Positions 9,262 to 24,200 of a DNA stretch of 64,000 nucleotides are shown in pieces. How positions within the stretch are numbered: the stretch's first letter is position 1; each line of letters opens with the position of its first letter. Below the pieces are notes generated by a model. That model made no database searches. It was not told the DNA's origin and was given only the letters and a program-made list of their open reading frames with translations. A program made the translations under genes and the position numbers. Source of the DNA: Nemertoderma westbladi (lineage: Eukaryota; Animalia; Xenacoelomorpha). Where the stretch lies: positions 1 to 64,000 of the forward strand of contig JAUCBJ010001183.1 in NCBI GenBank assembly GCA_032718475.1. Direction: 5' to 3'.

Positions 9262-12200
9262 CAAAACTTAGAGTGCTGTGTGAACCCGGTAGATGAGTAG
9301 TAGAGTGCTGTGTGAACCCGGTAGATGAGTAGTAGAGTAAACAAAACTTAGAGTGCTGTGTGAACCCGGTAGATGAGTAGTAGAGTGCTGTGTGAACCCG
9401 GTAGATGAGTAGTAGAGTAAACAAAACTTAGAGTGCTGTGTGAACCCGGTAGATGAGTAGTAGAGTAAACAAAACTTAGAGTGCTGTGTGAACCCGGTAG
9501 ATGAGTAGTAGAGTAAACAAAACTTTGAGTGCTGTGTGAACCCGGTAGATGAGTAGTAGAGTAAACAAAACTTAGAGTGCTGTGTGAACCCGGTAGATGA
9601 GTAGTAGAGTAAACACAACTTTGAGTGCTGAGTGAACCCGGTAGATGAGTAGTAGAGTAAACAAAACTTAGAGTGCTGAGTGAACCCGGTAGATGAGTAG
9701 TAGAGTAAACAAAACTTAGAGTGCTGTGTGAACCCGGTAGAGGAGTAGTAGAGTAAACAAAACTTAGAGTGCTGTGTGAACCCGGTAGATGAGTAGTAGA
9801 GTAAACAAAACTTAGAGTGCTGTGTGAACCCGGTAGATGAGTAGTAGAGTAAACAAAACTTAGAGTGCTGTGTGAACCCGGTAGATGAGTAGTAGAGTAA
9901 ACAAAACTTTGAGTGCTGTGTGAACCCGGTAGATGAGTAGTAGAGTAAACAAAACTTAGAGTGCTGTGTGAACCCGGTAGATGAGTAGTAGAGTAAACAA
10001 AACTTAGAGTGCTGTGTGAACCCGGTAGATGAGTAGTAGAGTAAACAAAACTTAGAGTGCTGTGTGAACCCGGTAGATGAGTAGTAGAGTGCTGTGTGAA
10101 CCCGGTAGATGAGCAGGAAAGTAAACAAAAGTTAGAGTGCTGTGTGAACCCGGTAGATGAGTAGTAGAGTGCTGTGTGAACCCGGTAGATGAGTAGTAGA
10201 GTAAACAAAAGTTAGAGTGCTGTGTGAACCCGGTAGATGAGTAGTAGAGTAAACAAAACTTAGAGTGCTGTGTGAACCCGGTAGATGAGCAGGAAAGTAA
10301 ACAAAAGTTAGAGTGCTGTGTGAACCCGGTAGATGAGTAGTAGAGTAAACAAAACTTAGAGTGCTGTGTGAACCCGGTAGATGAGTAGTAGAGTAAACAA
10401 AAGTTAGAGTGCTGTGTGAACCCGGTAGATGAGTAGTAGAGTAAACAAAACTTAGAGTGCTGTGTGAACCCGGTAGATGAGCAGGAAAGTAAACAAAAGT
10501 TAGAGTGCTGTGTGAACCCGGTAGATGAGTAGTAGAGTAAACAAAACTTAGAGTGCTGTGTGAACCCGGTAGATGAGTAGTAGAGTAAACAAAACTTAGA
10601 CTGCTGTGTGAACCCGGTAGATGAGTAGTAGAGTAAACAAAACTTAGAGTGCTGTGTGAACCCGGTAGATGAGTAGTAGAGTGCTGTGTGAACCCGGTAG
10701 ATGAGCAGGAAAGTAAACAAAAGTTAGAGTGCTGTGTGAACCCGGTAGATGAGTAGTAGAGTGCTGTGTGAACCCGGTAGATGAGTAGTAGAGTAAACAA
10801 AAGTTAGAGTGCTGTGTGAAACCGGTAGATGAGTAGTAGAGTAAACAAAACTTAGAGTGCTGTGTGAACCCGGTAGATGAGCAGGAAAGTAAACAAAAGT
10901 TAGAGTGCTATGTGAACCCGGTAGATGAGTAGTAGAGTAAACAAAACTTAGAGTGCTGTATGAACCCGGTAGATGAGTAGTAGAGTGCTGTGTGAACCCG
11001 ATAGATGAGTAGTAGAGTAAACAAAACTTAGAGTGCTGTGTGAACCCGGTAGATGAGTAGTAGAGTAAACAAAACTTAGAGTGCTGTGTGAACCCGGTAG
11101 ATGAGTAGTAGAGTAAACAAAACTTTGAGTGCTGTGTGAACCCGGTAGATGAGTAGTAGAGTAAACAAAACTTAGAGTGCTGTGTGAACCCGGTAGATGA
11201 GCAGGAAAGTAAACAAAAGTTAGAGTGCTGTGTGAACCCGGTAGATGAGTAGTAGAGTAAACAAAACTTAGAGTGCTGTGTGAACCCGGTAGATGAGTAG
11301 TAGAGTAAACAAAACTTTGAGTACTGTGTGAACCCGATAGATGAGTAGTAGAGTGCTGTGTGAACCCGGTAGATGAGTAGTAGAGTAAACAAAACTTAGA
11401 GTGGTGTGTGAACCCGGTAGAGGAGTAGTAGAGTAAACAAAACTTAGAGTGCTGTGTGAACCCGGTAGATGAGTAGTAGAATAAACAAAACTTTGAGTGC
11501 TGTGTGAACCCGGTAGATGAGCAGTAGAGTAAACAAAACATAGAGTGCTGTGTGAACCCGGTAGATGAGTAGTAGAGTAAACAAAACTTAGAGTGCTGTG
11601 TGAACCCGGTAGATGAGTAGTAGAGTAAACAAAACTTAGAGTTCTGTGTGAACCCGGTAGCTGAGTAGTAGAGTAAACAAAACTTAGAGTGCTGTGTGAA
11701 CCCGGTAGATGAGTAGTAGAGTAAACAAAACTTAGAGTGCTGTGTGAACCCGGTAGATGAGTAGTAGAGTAAACAAAACTTAGAGTGCTGTGTGAACCCG
11801 GTAGATGAGTAGTAGAGTAAACAAAACTTAGAGTGCTGTGTGAACCCGGTAGATGAGTAGTAGAGTAAACAAAACTTAGAGTGCTGTGTGAACCCGGTAG
11901 ATGAGTAGTAGAGTAAACAAAACTTAGAGTGCTGTGTGAACCCGGTAGATGAGTAGTAGAGTAAACAAAACTTAGAGTGCTGTGTGAACCCGGTAGATGA
12001 GTAGTAGAGTAAACAAAACTTAGAGTGCTGTGTGAACCCGGTAGATGAGTAGTAGAGTAAACAAAACTTAGAGTGCTGTGTGAACCCGATAGATGAGTAG
12101 TAGAGTAAACAAAACTTAGAGTGCTGTGTGAACCCGGTAGATGAGTAGTAGAGTAAACAAAACGTAGAGTGCTGTGTGAACCCGGTAGATGAGTAGTAGA

Positions 12201-15200
12201 GTAAACAAAACGCTATGTGAACCTGGTAGATGAGTAGTAGAGTAAACAAAACTTAGAGTGCTGTGTGAACCCGGTAGATGAGTAGTAGAGTAAACAAAAC
12301 GTAGAGTGCTGTGTGAACCCGGTAGATGAGTAGTAGAGTAAACAAAACTTAGAGTGGTGTGTGAACCCGGTAGAGGAGTAGTAGAGTAAACAAAACTTAG
12401 AGTGCTGTGTGAACCCGGTAGATGAGTAGTAGAATAAACAAAACTTTGAGTGCTGTGTGAACCCGGTAGATGAGTAGTAGAGTAAACAAAACTTAGAGTG
12501 CTGTGTGAACCCGGTAGATGAGTAGTAGAGTAAACAAAACTTAGAGTGCTGTGTGAACCCGGTAGATGAGTAGTAGAGTAAACAAAACTTAGAGTGGTGT
12601 GTGAACCCGGTAGAGGAGTAGTAGAGTAAACAAAACTTAGAGTGCTGTGTGAACCCGGTAGATGAGTAGTAGAATAAACAAAACTTTGAGTGCTGTGTGA
12701 ACCCGGTAGCTGAGTAGTAGAGTAAACAAAAATTAGAGTGCTGTGTGAACCCGGTAGATGAGTAGTAGAGTAAACAAAACTTAGAGTGCTGTGTGAACCC
12801 GGTAGATGAGTAGTAGAGTAAACAAAACTTAGAGTGCTGTGTGAACCCGATATATGAGTAGTAGAGTAAACAAAACTTAGAGTGCTGTGTGAACCCGGTA
12901 GATGAGTAGTAGAGTAAACAAAACTTAGAGTGCTGTGTGAACCCGATAGATGAGTAGTAGAGTAAACAAAACTTAGAGTGCTGTGTGAACCCGGTAGATG
13001 AGTAGTAGAGTAAACAAAACGTAGAGTGCTGTGTGAACCCGGTAGATAAGTAGTAGAGTAAACAAAACGCTATGTGAACCTGGTAGATGAGTAGTAGAGT
13101 AAACAAAACTTAGAGTGCTGTGTGAACCCGGTAGATGAGTAGTAGAGTAAACAAAACGCAGAGTGCTGTGTGAACCCGGTAGATGAGTAGTAGAGTAAAC
13201 AAAACGCTATGTGAACCTGGTAGATGAGTAGTAGAGTAAACAAAACTTTGAGTGCTGTGTGAACCCGGTAGATGAGTAGTAGAGTAAACAAAACTTAGAG
13301 TGCTGTGTGAACCCGGTAGATGAGTAGTAGAGTAAACACAACTTAGAGTGCTATGTGAACCCGGTAGCTGAGTAGTAGAGTAAACAAAACGTAGAGTGCT
13401 GTGTGAACCCGGTAGATGAGTAGTAGAGTGCTGTGTGAACCCGGTAGATGAGCAGGAAAGTAAACAAAAGTTAGAGTGCTGTGTGAACCCGGTAGATGAG
13501 TAGTAAAGTGCTGTGTGAACCCGGTAGATGAGTAGTAGAGTAAACAAAACTTAGAGTGCTGTATGAACCCGGTAGATGAGTAGTAGAGTAAACAAAACTT
13601 AGAGTGCTATGTGAACCCGGTAGATGAGTAGTAGAGTAAACAAAACTTAGAGTGCTGTGTGAACCCGGTAGATGAGTAGTAGAGTAAACAAAACTTTGAG
13701 TGCTGTGTGAACCCGGTAGATGAGTAGTAGAGTAAACAAAACTTAGAGTGCTGTGTGAACCCGGTAGATGAGTAGTAGAGTAAACAAAACTTAGAGTGCT
13801 GTGTGAACCCGGTAGATGAGTAGTAGAGTAAACAAAACTTAGAGTGCTGTGTGAACCCGGTAGAGGAGTAGTAGAGTAAACAATACTTAGAGTGCTGTGT
13901 GAACCCGGTAGCTGAGTAGTAGAGTAAACAAAACTTTGAGTGCTGTGTGAACCTGGTAGAGGAGTAGTAGAGTAAACAAAACTTAGAGTGCTGTGTGAAC
14001 CCGGTAGAGGAGTAGTAGAGTAAACAAAACTTAGAGTGCTGTGTGAACCCGGTAGAGGAGTAGTAGAGTAAACAATACTTAGAGTGCTGTGTGAACCCGG
14101 TAGATGAGTAGTAGAGTGCTGTGTGAACCCGGTAGATGAGTAGTAGAGTAAACAAAACTTTGAGTGCTGTGTGAACCCGGTAGATGAGTAGTAGAGTAAA
14201 CAAAACTTAGAGTGCTGTGTGAACCCGGTAGATGAGTAGTAGAGTAAACAAAACTTAGAGTGCTGTGTGAACCCGGTAGATGAGTAGTAGAGTAAACAAA
14301 ACTTAGAGTGCTGTGTGAACCCGGTAGAGGAGTAGTAGAGTAAACAATACTTAGAGTGCTGTGTGAACCCGGTAGCTGAGTAGTAGAGTAAACAAAACTT
14401 TGAGTGCTGTGTGAACCCGGTAGAGGAGTAGTAGAGTAAACAAAACTTAGAGTGCTGTGTGAACCCGGTAGAGGAGTAGTAGAGTAAACAAAACTTGGAG
14501 TGCTGTGTGAACCCGGTAGAGGAGTAGTAGAGTAAACAAAACTTAGAGTGCTGTGTGAACCCGGTAGATGAGTAGTAGAGTAAACAAAACTTAGAGTGCT
14601 GTGTGAACCCGGTAGATGAGTAGTAGAGTAAACAAAACCTAGAGTGCTGTGTGAACCCGGTAGAGGTGTAGTAGAGTAAACAAAACTTAGAGTGCTGTGT
14701 GAACCCGGTAGCTGAGTAGTAGAGTAAACAAAACTTTGAGTGCTGTGTGAACCCGGTAGAGGAGTAGTAGAGTAAACAAAACTTAGAGTGCTGTGTGAAC
14801 CCGGTAGATGAGTAGTAGAGTAAACAAAACTTAGAGTGCTGTGTGAACCCGGTAGAGGAGTAGTAGAGTAAACAAAACTTAGAGTGCTGTGTGAACCCGG
14901 TAGATGAGTAGTAGAGTAAACAAAACTTAGAGTGCTGTGTGAACCCGGTAGAGGAGTAGTAGACTAAACAAAACTTAGAGTGCTGTGTGAACCCGGTAGA
15001 GGAGTAGTAGAGTAAACAAAACTTAGAGTGCTGTGTGAACCCGGTAGATGAGTAGTAGAGTAAACAAAACTTAGAGTGCTGTGTGAACCCGGTAGATGAG
15101 TAGTAGAATAAACAAAACTTTGAGTGCTGTGTGAACCCGGTAGATGAGTAGTAGAGTAAACAAAACTTAGAGTGCTGTGTGAACCCGGTAGATGAGTAGT

Positions 15201-18200
15201 AGAGTAAACAAAACGCTATGTGAACCTGGAAGATGAGTAGTAGAGTAAACAAAACTTAGAGTGGTGTGTGAACCCGGTAGATGAGTAGTAGAGTAAACAA
15301 AACTTAGAGTGCTGTGTGAACCCGGTAGATGAGTAGTAGAGTAAACAAAACTTAGAGTTCTGTGTGAACCCGGTAGATGAGTAGTAGAGTGCTGTGTGAA
15401 CCCGGTAGATGAGTAGTAGAATAAACAAAACTTTGAGTGCTGTGTGAACCCGGTAGATGAGTAGTAGAGTAAACAAAACTTAGAGTGCTGTGTGAACCCG
15501 GTAGATGAGTAGTAGAGTAAACAAAACGCTATGTGAACCTGGAAGATGAGTAGTAGAGTAAACAAAACTTAGAGTGGTGTGTGAACCCGGTAGATGAGTA
15601 GTAGAGTAAACAAAACTTAGAGTGCTGTGTGAACCCGGTAGAGGAGTAGTAGAGTAAACAAAACTTAGAGTGCTGTGTGAACCCGGTAGATGAGTAGTAG
15701 AATAAACAAAACTTTGAGTGCTGTGTGAACCCGGTAGATGAGTAGTAGAGTAAACAAAACTTAGAGTGCTGTGTGAACCCGGTAGATGAGTAGTAGAGTA
15801 AACAAAACGCTATGTGAACCTGGAAGATGAGTAGTAGAGTAAACAAAACTTAGAGTGGTGTGTGAACCCGGTAGAGGAGTAGTAGAGTAAACAAAACTTA
15901 GAGTGCTGTGTGAACCCGGTAGATGAGTAGTAGAGTAAACAAAACTTAGAGTGCTGTGTGAACCCGGTAGAGGAGTAGTAGAGTAAACAAAACTTAGAGT
16001 GCTGTGTGAACCCGGTAGATGAGTAGTAGAGTAAACAAAACTTAGAGTGCTGTGTGAACCCGGTAGATGAGTAGTAGAATAAACAAAACTTTGAGTGCTG
16101 TGTGAACCCGGTAGATGAGTAGTAGAGTAAACAAAACTTAGAGTGCTGTGTGAACCCGGTAGATGAGTAGTAGAGTAAACAAAACGCTATGTGAACCTGG
16201 AAGATGAGTAGTAGAGTAAACAAAACTTAGAGTGGTGTGTGAACCCGGTAGATGAGTAGTAGAGTAAACAAAACTTAGAGTGCTGTGTGAACCCGGTAGA
16301 TGAGTAGTAGAGTAAACAAAACTTAGAGTTCTGTGTGAACCCGGTAGATGAGTAGTAGAGTGCTGTGTGAACCCGGTAGATGAGTAGTAGAATAAACAAA
16401 ACTTTGAGTGCTGTGTGAACCCGGTAGATGAGTAGTAGAGTAAACAAAACTTAGAGTGCTGTGTGAACCCGGTAGATGAGTAGTAGAGTAAACAAAACGC
16501 TATGTGAACCTGGAAGATGAGTAGTAGAGTAAACAAAACTTAGAGTGGTGTGTGAACCCGGTAGATGAGTAGTAGAGTAAACAAAACTTAGAGTGCTATG
16601 TGAACCCGGTAGAGGAGTAGTAGAGTAAACAAAACTTAGAGTGCTGTGTGAACCCGGTAGATGAGTAGTAGAATAAACAAAACTTTGAGTGCTGTGTGAA
16701 CCCGGTAGATGAGTAGTAGAGTAAACAAAACTTAGAGTGCTGTGTGAACCCGGTAGATGAGTAGTAGAGTAAACAAAACGCTATGTGAACCTGGAAGATG
16801 AGTAGTAGAGTAAACAAAACTTAGAGTGGTGTGTGAACCCGGTAGAGGAGTAGTAGAGTAAACAAAACTTAGAGTGCTGTGTGAACCCGGTAGATGAGTA
16901 GTAGAGTAAAGAAAACTTAGAGTGCAGTGTGAACCCGGTAGAGAAGTAGTAGAGTAAACAAAACTTAGAGTGCTGTGTGAACCCGGTAGATGAGTAGTAG
17001 AGTAAACAAAACTTAGAGTTCTGTGTGAACCCGGTAGATGAGTAGTAGAGTAAACAAAACTGTGAGTGCTGTGTGAACCCGGTAGATGAGTAGTAGAGTA
17101 AACAAAACTTAGAGTGCTGTGTGAACCCGGTAGATGAGTAGTAGAATAAACAAAACTTTGAGTGCTGTGTGAACCCGGTAGATGAGTAGTAGAGTAAACA
17201 AAACTTAGAGTGCTGTGTGAACCCGGTAGATGAGTAGTAGAGTAAACAAAACGCTATGTGAACCCGGTAGATGAGTAGTAGAGTAAACAAAACTTAGAGT
17301 GCTGTGTGAACCCGGTAGATGAGTAGTAGAGTAAACAAAACTTAGAGTTCTGTGTGAACCCGGTAGCTGAGTAGTACAGTAAACAAAACTTAGAGTGCTG
17401 TGTGAACCCGGTAGATGAGTAGTAGAGCAAACAAAACTTTGAGTGCTGTGTGAACCCGGTAGATGAATAGTAAAGTAAACAAAACTTAGAGTGCTGTGTG
17501 AACCCGGTAGATGAGTAGTAGAGTAAACAAAACTTAGAGTGCTATGTGAACCCGGTAGATGAGTAGTAGAGTAAACAAAACGCTATGTGAACCTGGTAGA
17601 TGAGTAGTACAGTAAACAAAACTTAGAGTGGTGTGTGAACCCGGTAGATGAGTAGTAGAGTAAACAAAACTTAGAGTGCTGTGTGAACCCGGTAGATGAG
17701 TAGTAGAGCAAACAAAACTTTGAGTGCTGTGTGAACCCGGTAGATGAATAGTAAAGTAAACAAAACGTAGAGTGCTGTGTGAACCCGGTAGATGAGTAGT
17801 AGAGTGCTGTGTGAACCCGGTAGATGAGCAGGAAAGTAAACAAAAGTTAGAGTGCTGTGTGAACCCGGTAGATGAGTAGTAGAGTGCTGTGTGAACCCGG
17901 TAGATGAGTAGTAGAGTAAACAAAACTTAGAGTGCTGTGTGAACCCGGTAGATGAGTAGTAGAGTAAACAAAACTTAGAGTGCTATGTGAACCCGGTAGA
18001 TGAGTAGTAGAGTAAACAAAACTTTGAGTGCTGTGTGAACCCGGTAGATGAGTAGTAGAGTAAACAAAACTTAGAGTGCTGTGTGAACCCGGTAGATGAG
18101 TAGTAGAGTAAACAAAACTTAGAGTGCTGTGTGAACCCGGTAGAGGAGTAGTAGAGTAAACAATACTTAGAGTGCTGTGTGAACCCGGTAGCTGAGTAGT

Positions 18201-21200
18201 AGAGTAAACAAAACTTTGAGTGCTGTGTGAACCCGGTAGAGGAGTAGTAGAGTAAACAAAACTTAGAGTGCTGTGTGAACCCGGTAGAGGAGTAGTAGAG
18301 TAAACAAAACTTAGAGTGCTGTGTGAACCCGGTAGAGGAGTAGTAGAGTAAACAATACTTAGAGTGCTGTGTGAACCCGGTAGATGAGTAGTAGAGTGCT
18401 GTGTGAAGCCGGTAGATGAGTAGTAGAGTAAACAAAACTTTGAGTGCTGTGTGAACCCGGTAGATGAGTAGTAGAGTAAACAAAACTTAGAGTGCTGTGT
18501 GAACCCGGTAGATGAGTAGTAGAGTAAACAAAACTTAGAGTGCTGTGTGAACCCGGTAGATGAGTAGTAGAGTAAACAAAACTTAGAGTGCTGTGTGAAC
18601 CCGGTAGAGGAGTAGTAGAGTAAACAATACTTAGAGTGCTGTGTGAACCCGGTAGCTGAGTAGTAGAGTAAACAAAACTTTGAGTGCTGTGTGAACCCGG
18701 TAGAGGAGTAGTAGAGTAAACAAAACTTAGAGTGCTGTGTGAACCCGGTAGAGGAGTAGTAGAGTAAACAAAACTTGGAGTGCTGTGTGAACCCGGTAGA
18801 GGAGTAGTAGAGTAAACAAAACTTAGAGTGCTGTGTGAACCCGGTAGATGAGTAGTAGAGTAAACAAAACTTAGAGTGCTGTGTGAACCCGGTAGATGAG
18901 TAGTAGAGTAAACAAAACTTAGAGTGCTGTGTGAACCCGGTAGAGGAGTAGTAGAGTAAACAAAACTTAGAGTGCTGTGTGAACCCGGTAGCTGAGTAGT
19001 AGAGTAAACAAAACTTTGAGTGCTGTGTGAACCCGGTAGAGGAGTAGTAGAGTAAACAAAACTTAGAGTGCTGTGTGAACCCGGTAGATGAGTAGTAGAG
19101 TAAACAAAACTTAGAGTGCTGTGTGAACCCGGTAGAGGAGTAGTAGAGTAAACAAAACTTAGAGTGCTGTGTGAACCCGGTAGATGAGTAGTAGAGTAAA
19201 CAAAACTTAGAGTGCTGTGTGAACCCGGTAGAGGAGTAGTAGACTAAACAAAACTTAGATTGCTGTGTGAACTCGGTAGAGGAGTAGTAGAGTAAACAAA
19301 ACTTAGAGTGCTGTGTGAACCCGGTAGATGAGTAGTAGAGTAAACAAAACTTAGAGTGCTGTGTGAACCCGGTAGATGAGTAGTAGAATAAACAAAACTT
19401 TGAGTGCTGTGTGAACCCGGTAGATGAGTAGTAGAGTAAACAAAACTTAGAGTGCTGTGTGAACCCGGTAGATGAGTAGTAGAGTAAACAAAACGCTATG
19501 TGAACCTGGAAGATGAGTAGTAGAGTAAACAAAACTTAGAGTGGTGTGTGAACCCGGTAGATGAGTAGTAGAGTAAACAAAACTTAGAGTGCTGTGTGAA
19601 CCCGGTAGATGAGTAGTAGAGTAAACAAAACTTAGAGTTCTGTGTGAACCCGGTAGATGAGTAGTAGAGTGCTGTGTGAACCCGGTAGATGAGTAGTAGA
19701 ATAAACAAAACTTTGAGTGCTGTGTGAACCCGGTAGATGAGTAGTAGAGTAAACAAAACTTAGAGTGCTGTGTGAACCCGGTAGATGAGTAGTAGAGTAA
19801 ACAAAACGCTATGTGAACCTGGAAGATGAGTAGTAGAGTAAACAAAACTTAGAGTGGTGTGTGAACCCAGTAGATGAGTAGTAGAGTAAACAAAACTTAG
19901 AGTGCTGTGTGAACCCGGTAGATGAGTAGTAGAGTAAACAAAACTTAGAGTGCTGTGTGAACCCGGTAGATGAGTAGTAGAGTAAACAAAACTTAGAGTT
20001 CTGTGTGAACCCGGTAGCTGAGTAGTACAGTAAACAAAACTTAGAGTGCTGTGTGAACCCGGTAGATGAGTAGTAGAGCAAACAAAACTTTGAGTGCTGT
20101 GTGAACCCGGTAGATGAATAGTAAAGTAAACAAAACTTAGAGTGCTGTGTGAACCCGGTAGATGAGTAGTAGAGTAAACAAAACTTAGAGTGCTATGTGA
20201 ACCCGGTAGATGAGTAGTAGAGTAAACAAAACGCTATGTGAACCTGGTAGATGAGTAGTACAGTAAACAAAACTTAGAGTGGTGTGTGAACCCGGTAGAT
20301 GAGTAGTAGAGTAAACAAAACTTAGAGTGCTGTGTGAACCCGGTAGATGAGTAGTAGAGCAAACAAAACTTTGAGTGCTGTGTGAACCCGGTAGATGAAT
20401 AGTAAAGTAAACAAAACGTAGAGTGCTGTGTGAACCCGGTAGATGAGTAGTAGAGTGCTGTGTGAACCCGGTAGATGAGCAGGAAAGTAAACAAAAGTTA
20501 GAGTGCTGTGTGAACCCGGTAGATGAGTAGTAGAGTGCTGTGTGAACCCGGTAGATGAGTAGTAGAGTAAACAAAACTTAGAGTGCTGTGTGAACCCGGT
20601 AGATGAGTAGTAGAGTAAACAAAACTTAGAGTGCTATGTGAACCCGGTAGATGAGTAGTAGAGTAAACAAAACTTTGAGTGCTGTGTGAACCCGGTAGAT
20701 GAGTAGTAGAGTAAACAAAACTTAGAGTGCTGTGTGAACCCGGTAGATGAGTAGTAGAGTAAACAAAACTTAGAGTGCTGTGTGAACCCGGTAGAGGAGT
20801 AGTAGAGTAAACAATACTTAGAGTGCTGTGTGAACCCGGTAGCTGAGTAGTAGAGTAAACAAAACTTTGAGTGCTGTGTGAACCCGGTAGAGGAGTAGTA
20901 GAGTAAACAAAACTTAGAGTGCTGTGTGAACCCGGTAGAGGAGTAGTAGAGTAAACAAAACTTAGAGTGCTGTGTGAACCCGGTAGAGGAGTAGTAGAGT
21001 AAACAATACTTAGAGTGCTGTGTGAACCCGGTAGATGAGTAGTAGAGTGCTGTGTGAAGCCGGTAGATGAGTAGTAGAGTAAACAAAACTTTGAGTGCTG
21101 TGTGAACCCGGTAGATGAGTAGTAGAGTAAACAAAACTTAGAGTGCTGTGTGAACCCGGTAGATGAGTAGTAGAGTAAACAAAACTTAGAGTGCTGTGTG

Positions 21201-24200
21201 AACCCGGTAGATGAGTAGTAGAGTAAACAAAACTTAGAGTGCTGTGTGAACCCGGTAGAGGAGTAGTAGAGTAAACAATACTTAGAGTGCTGTGTGAACC
21301 CGGTAGCTGAGTAGTAGAGTAAACAAAACTTTGAGTGCTGTGTGAACCCGGTAGAGGAGTAGTAGAGTAAACAAAACTTAGAGTGCTGTGTGAACCCGGT
21401 AGAGGAGTAGTAGAGTAAACAAAACTTGGAGTGCTGTGTGAACCCGGTAGAGGAGTAGTAGAGTAAACAAAACTTAGAGTGCTGTGTGAACCCGGTAGAT
21501 GAGTAGTAGAGTAAACAAAACTTAGAGTGCTGTGTGAACCCGGTAGATGAGTAGTAGAGTAAACAAAACTTAGAGTGCTGTGTGAACCCGGTAGAGGAGT
21601 AGTAGAGTAAACAAAACTTAGAGTGCTGTGTGAACCCGGTAGCTGAGTAGTAGAGTAAACAAAACTTTGAGTGCTGTGTGAACCCGGTAGAGGAGTAGTA
21701 GAGTAAACAAAACTTAGAGTGCTGTGTGAACCCGGTAGATGAGTAGTAGAGTAAACAAAACTTAGAGTGCTGTGTGAACCCGGTAGAGGAGTAGTAGAGT
21801 AAACAAAACTTAGAGTGCTGTGTGAACCCGGTAGATGAGTAGTAGAGTAAACAAAACTTAGAGTGCTGTGTGAACCCGGTAGAGGAGTAGTAGACTAAAC
21901 AAAACTTAGAGTGCTGTGTGAACTCGGTAGAGGAGTAGTAGAGTAAACAAAACTTAGAGTGCTGTGTGAACCCGGTAGATGAGTAGTAGAGTAAACAAAA
22001 CTTAGAGTGCTGTGTGAACCCGGTAGATGAGTAGTAGAATAAACAAAACTTTGAGTGCTGTGTGAACCCGGTAGATGAGTAGTAGAGTAAACAAAACTTA
22101 GAGTGCTGTGTGAACCCGGTAGATGAGTAGTAGAGTAAACAAAACGCTATGTGAACCTGGAAGATGAGTAGTAGAGTAAACAAAACTTAGAGTGGTGTGT
22201 GAACCCGGTAGATGAGTAGTAGAGTAAACAAAACTTAGAGTGCTGTGTGAACCCGGTAGATGAGTAGTAGAGTAAACAAAACTTAGAGTTCTGTGTGAAC
22301 CCGGTAGATGAGTAGTAGAGTGCTGTGTGAACCCGGTAGATGAGTAGTAGAATAAACAAAACTTTGAGTGCTGTGTGAACCCGGTAGATGAGTAGTAGAG
22401 TAAACAAAACTTAGAGTGCTGTGTGAACCCGGTAGATGAGTAGTAGAGTAAACAAAACGCTATGTGAACCTGGAAGATGAGTAGTAGAGTAAACAAAACT
22501 TAGAGTGGTGTGTGAACCCAGTAGATGAGTAGTAGAGTAAACAAAACTTAGAGTGCTGTGTGAACCCGGTAGAGGAGTAGTAGAGTAAACAAAACTTAGA
22601 GTGCAGTGTGAACCCGGTAGATGAGTAGTAGAATAAACAAAACTTTGAGTGCTGTGTGAACCCGGTAGATGAGTAGTAGAGTAAACAAAACTTAGAGTGC
22701 TGTGTGAACCCGGTAGATGAGTAGTACAGTAAACAAAACGCTATGTGAACCTGGAAGATGAGTAGTAGAGTAAACAAAACTTAGAGTGGTGTGTGAACCC
22801 GGTAGAGGAGTAGTAGAGTAAACAAAACTTAGAGTGCTGTGTGAACCCGGTAGATGAGTAGTAGAGTAAACAAAACTTAGAGTGCTGTGTGAACCCGGTA
22901 GAGGAGTAGTAGAGTAAACAAAACTTAGAGTGCTGTGTGAACCCGGTAGATGAGTAGTAGAGTAAACAAAACTTAGAGTTCTGTGTGAACCCGGTAGATG
23001 AGTAGTAGAGTAAACAAAACTGTGAGTGCTGTGTGAACCCGGTAGATGAGTAGTAGAGTAAACAAAACTTAGAGTGCTGTGTGAACCCGGTAGATGAGTA
23101 GTAGAATAAACAAAACTTTGAGTGCTGTGTGAACCCGGTAGATGAGTAGTAGAGTAAACAAAACTTAGAGTGCTGTGTGAACCCGGTAGATGAGTAGTAG
23201 AGTAAACAAAACGCTATGTGAACCCGGTAGATGAGTAGTAGAGTAAACAAAACTTAGAGTGCTGTGTGAACCCGGTAGATGAGTAGTAGAGTAAACAAAA
23301 CTTAGAGTTCTGTGTGAACCCGGTAGCTGAGTAGTACAGTAAACAAAACTTAGAGTGCTGTGTGAACCCGGTAGATGAGTAGTAGAGCAAACAAAACTTT
23401 TTTAGTGCTGTGTGAACCCGGTAGATGAATAGTAAAGTAAACAAAACTTAGAGTGCTGTGTGAACCCGGTAGATGAGTAGTAGAGTAAACAAAACTTAGA
23501 GTGCTATGTGAACCCGGTAGATGAGTAGTAGAGTAAACAAAACGCTATGTGAACCTGGTAGATGAGTAGTAGAGTAAACAAAACTTAGAGTGGTGTGTGA
23601 ACCCGGTAGATGAGTAGTAGAGTAAACAAAACTTAGAGTGCTGCGTGAACCCGGTAGATGAGTAGTAGAGCAAACAAAACTTTGAGTGCTGTGTGAACCC
23701 GGTAGATGAATAGTAAAGTAAACAAAACTTAGAGTGCTGTGTGAACCCGGTAGATGAGTAGTAGAGTAAACAAAACTTAGAGTGCTGTGTGAACCCGGTA
23801 GATGAGTAGTAGAGTAAACAAAACGTAGAGTGCTATGTGAACCCGGTAGATGAGTAGTAGAGTAAACAAAACGCTATGTGAACCTGGTAGATGAGTAGTA
23901 GAGTAAACAAAGCTTAGAGTGCTGTGTGAACCCGGTAGATGAGTAGTAGAGTAAACAAAACTTAGAGTGCTGTGTGAACCCGGTAGATGAGTAGTAGAGT
24001 AAACAAAACTTTGAGTGCTATGTGAACCCGGTAGATGAGTAGTAGAGTAAACAAAACTTTGAGTGGTGTGTGAACCCGGTAGATGAGTAGTAGAGTAAAC
24101 AAAACTTTGAGTGCTGTGTGAACCCGGTAGATGAGTAGTAGAGTAAACAAAACTTAGAGTGGTGTGTGAACCCGGTAGATGAGTAGTAGAGTAAACAAAA

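Noticed and set aside
9204-9296. Short plus-strand open frame crossing into the first monomer (ILILHRIRAHREKHIDRAISKLRVLCEPGR)
   Set aside because: It is 30 codons with no ATG, no convincing splice acceptor and no recognisable homology.
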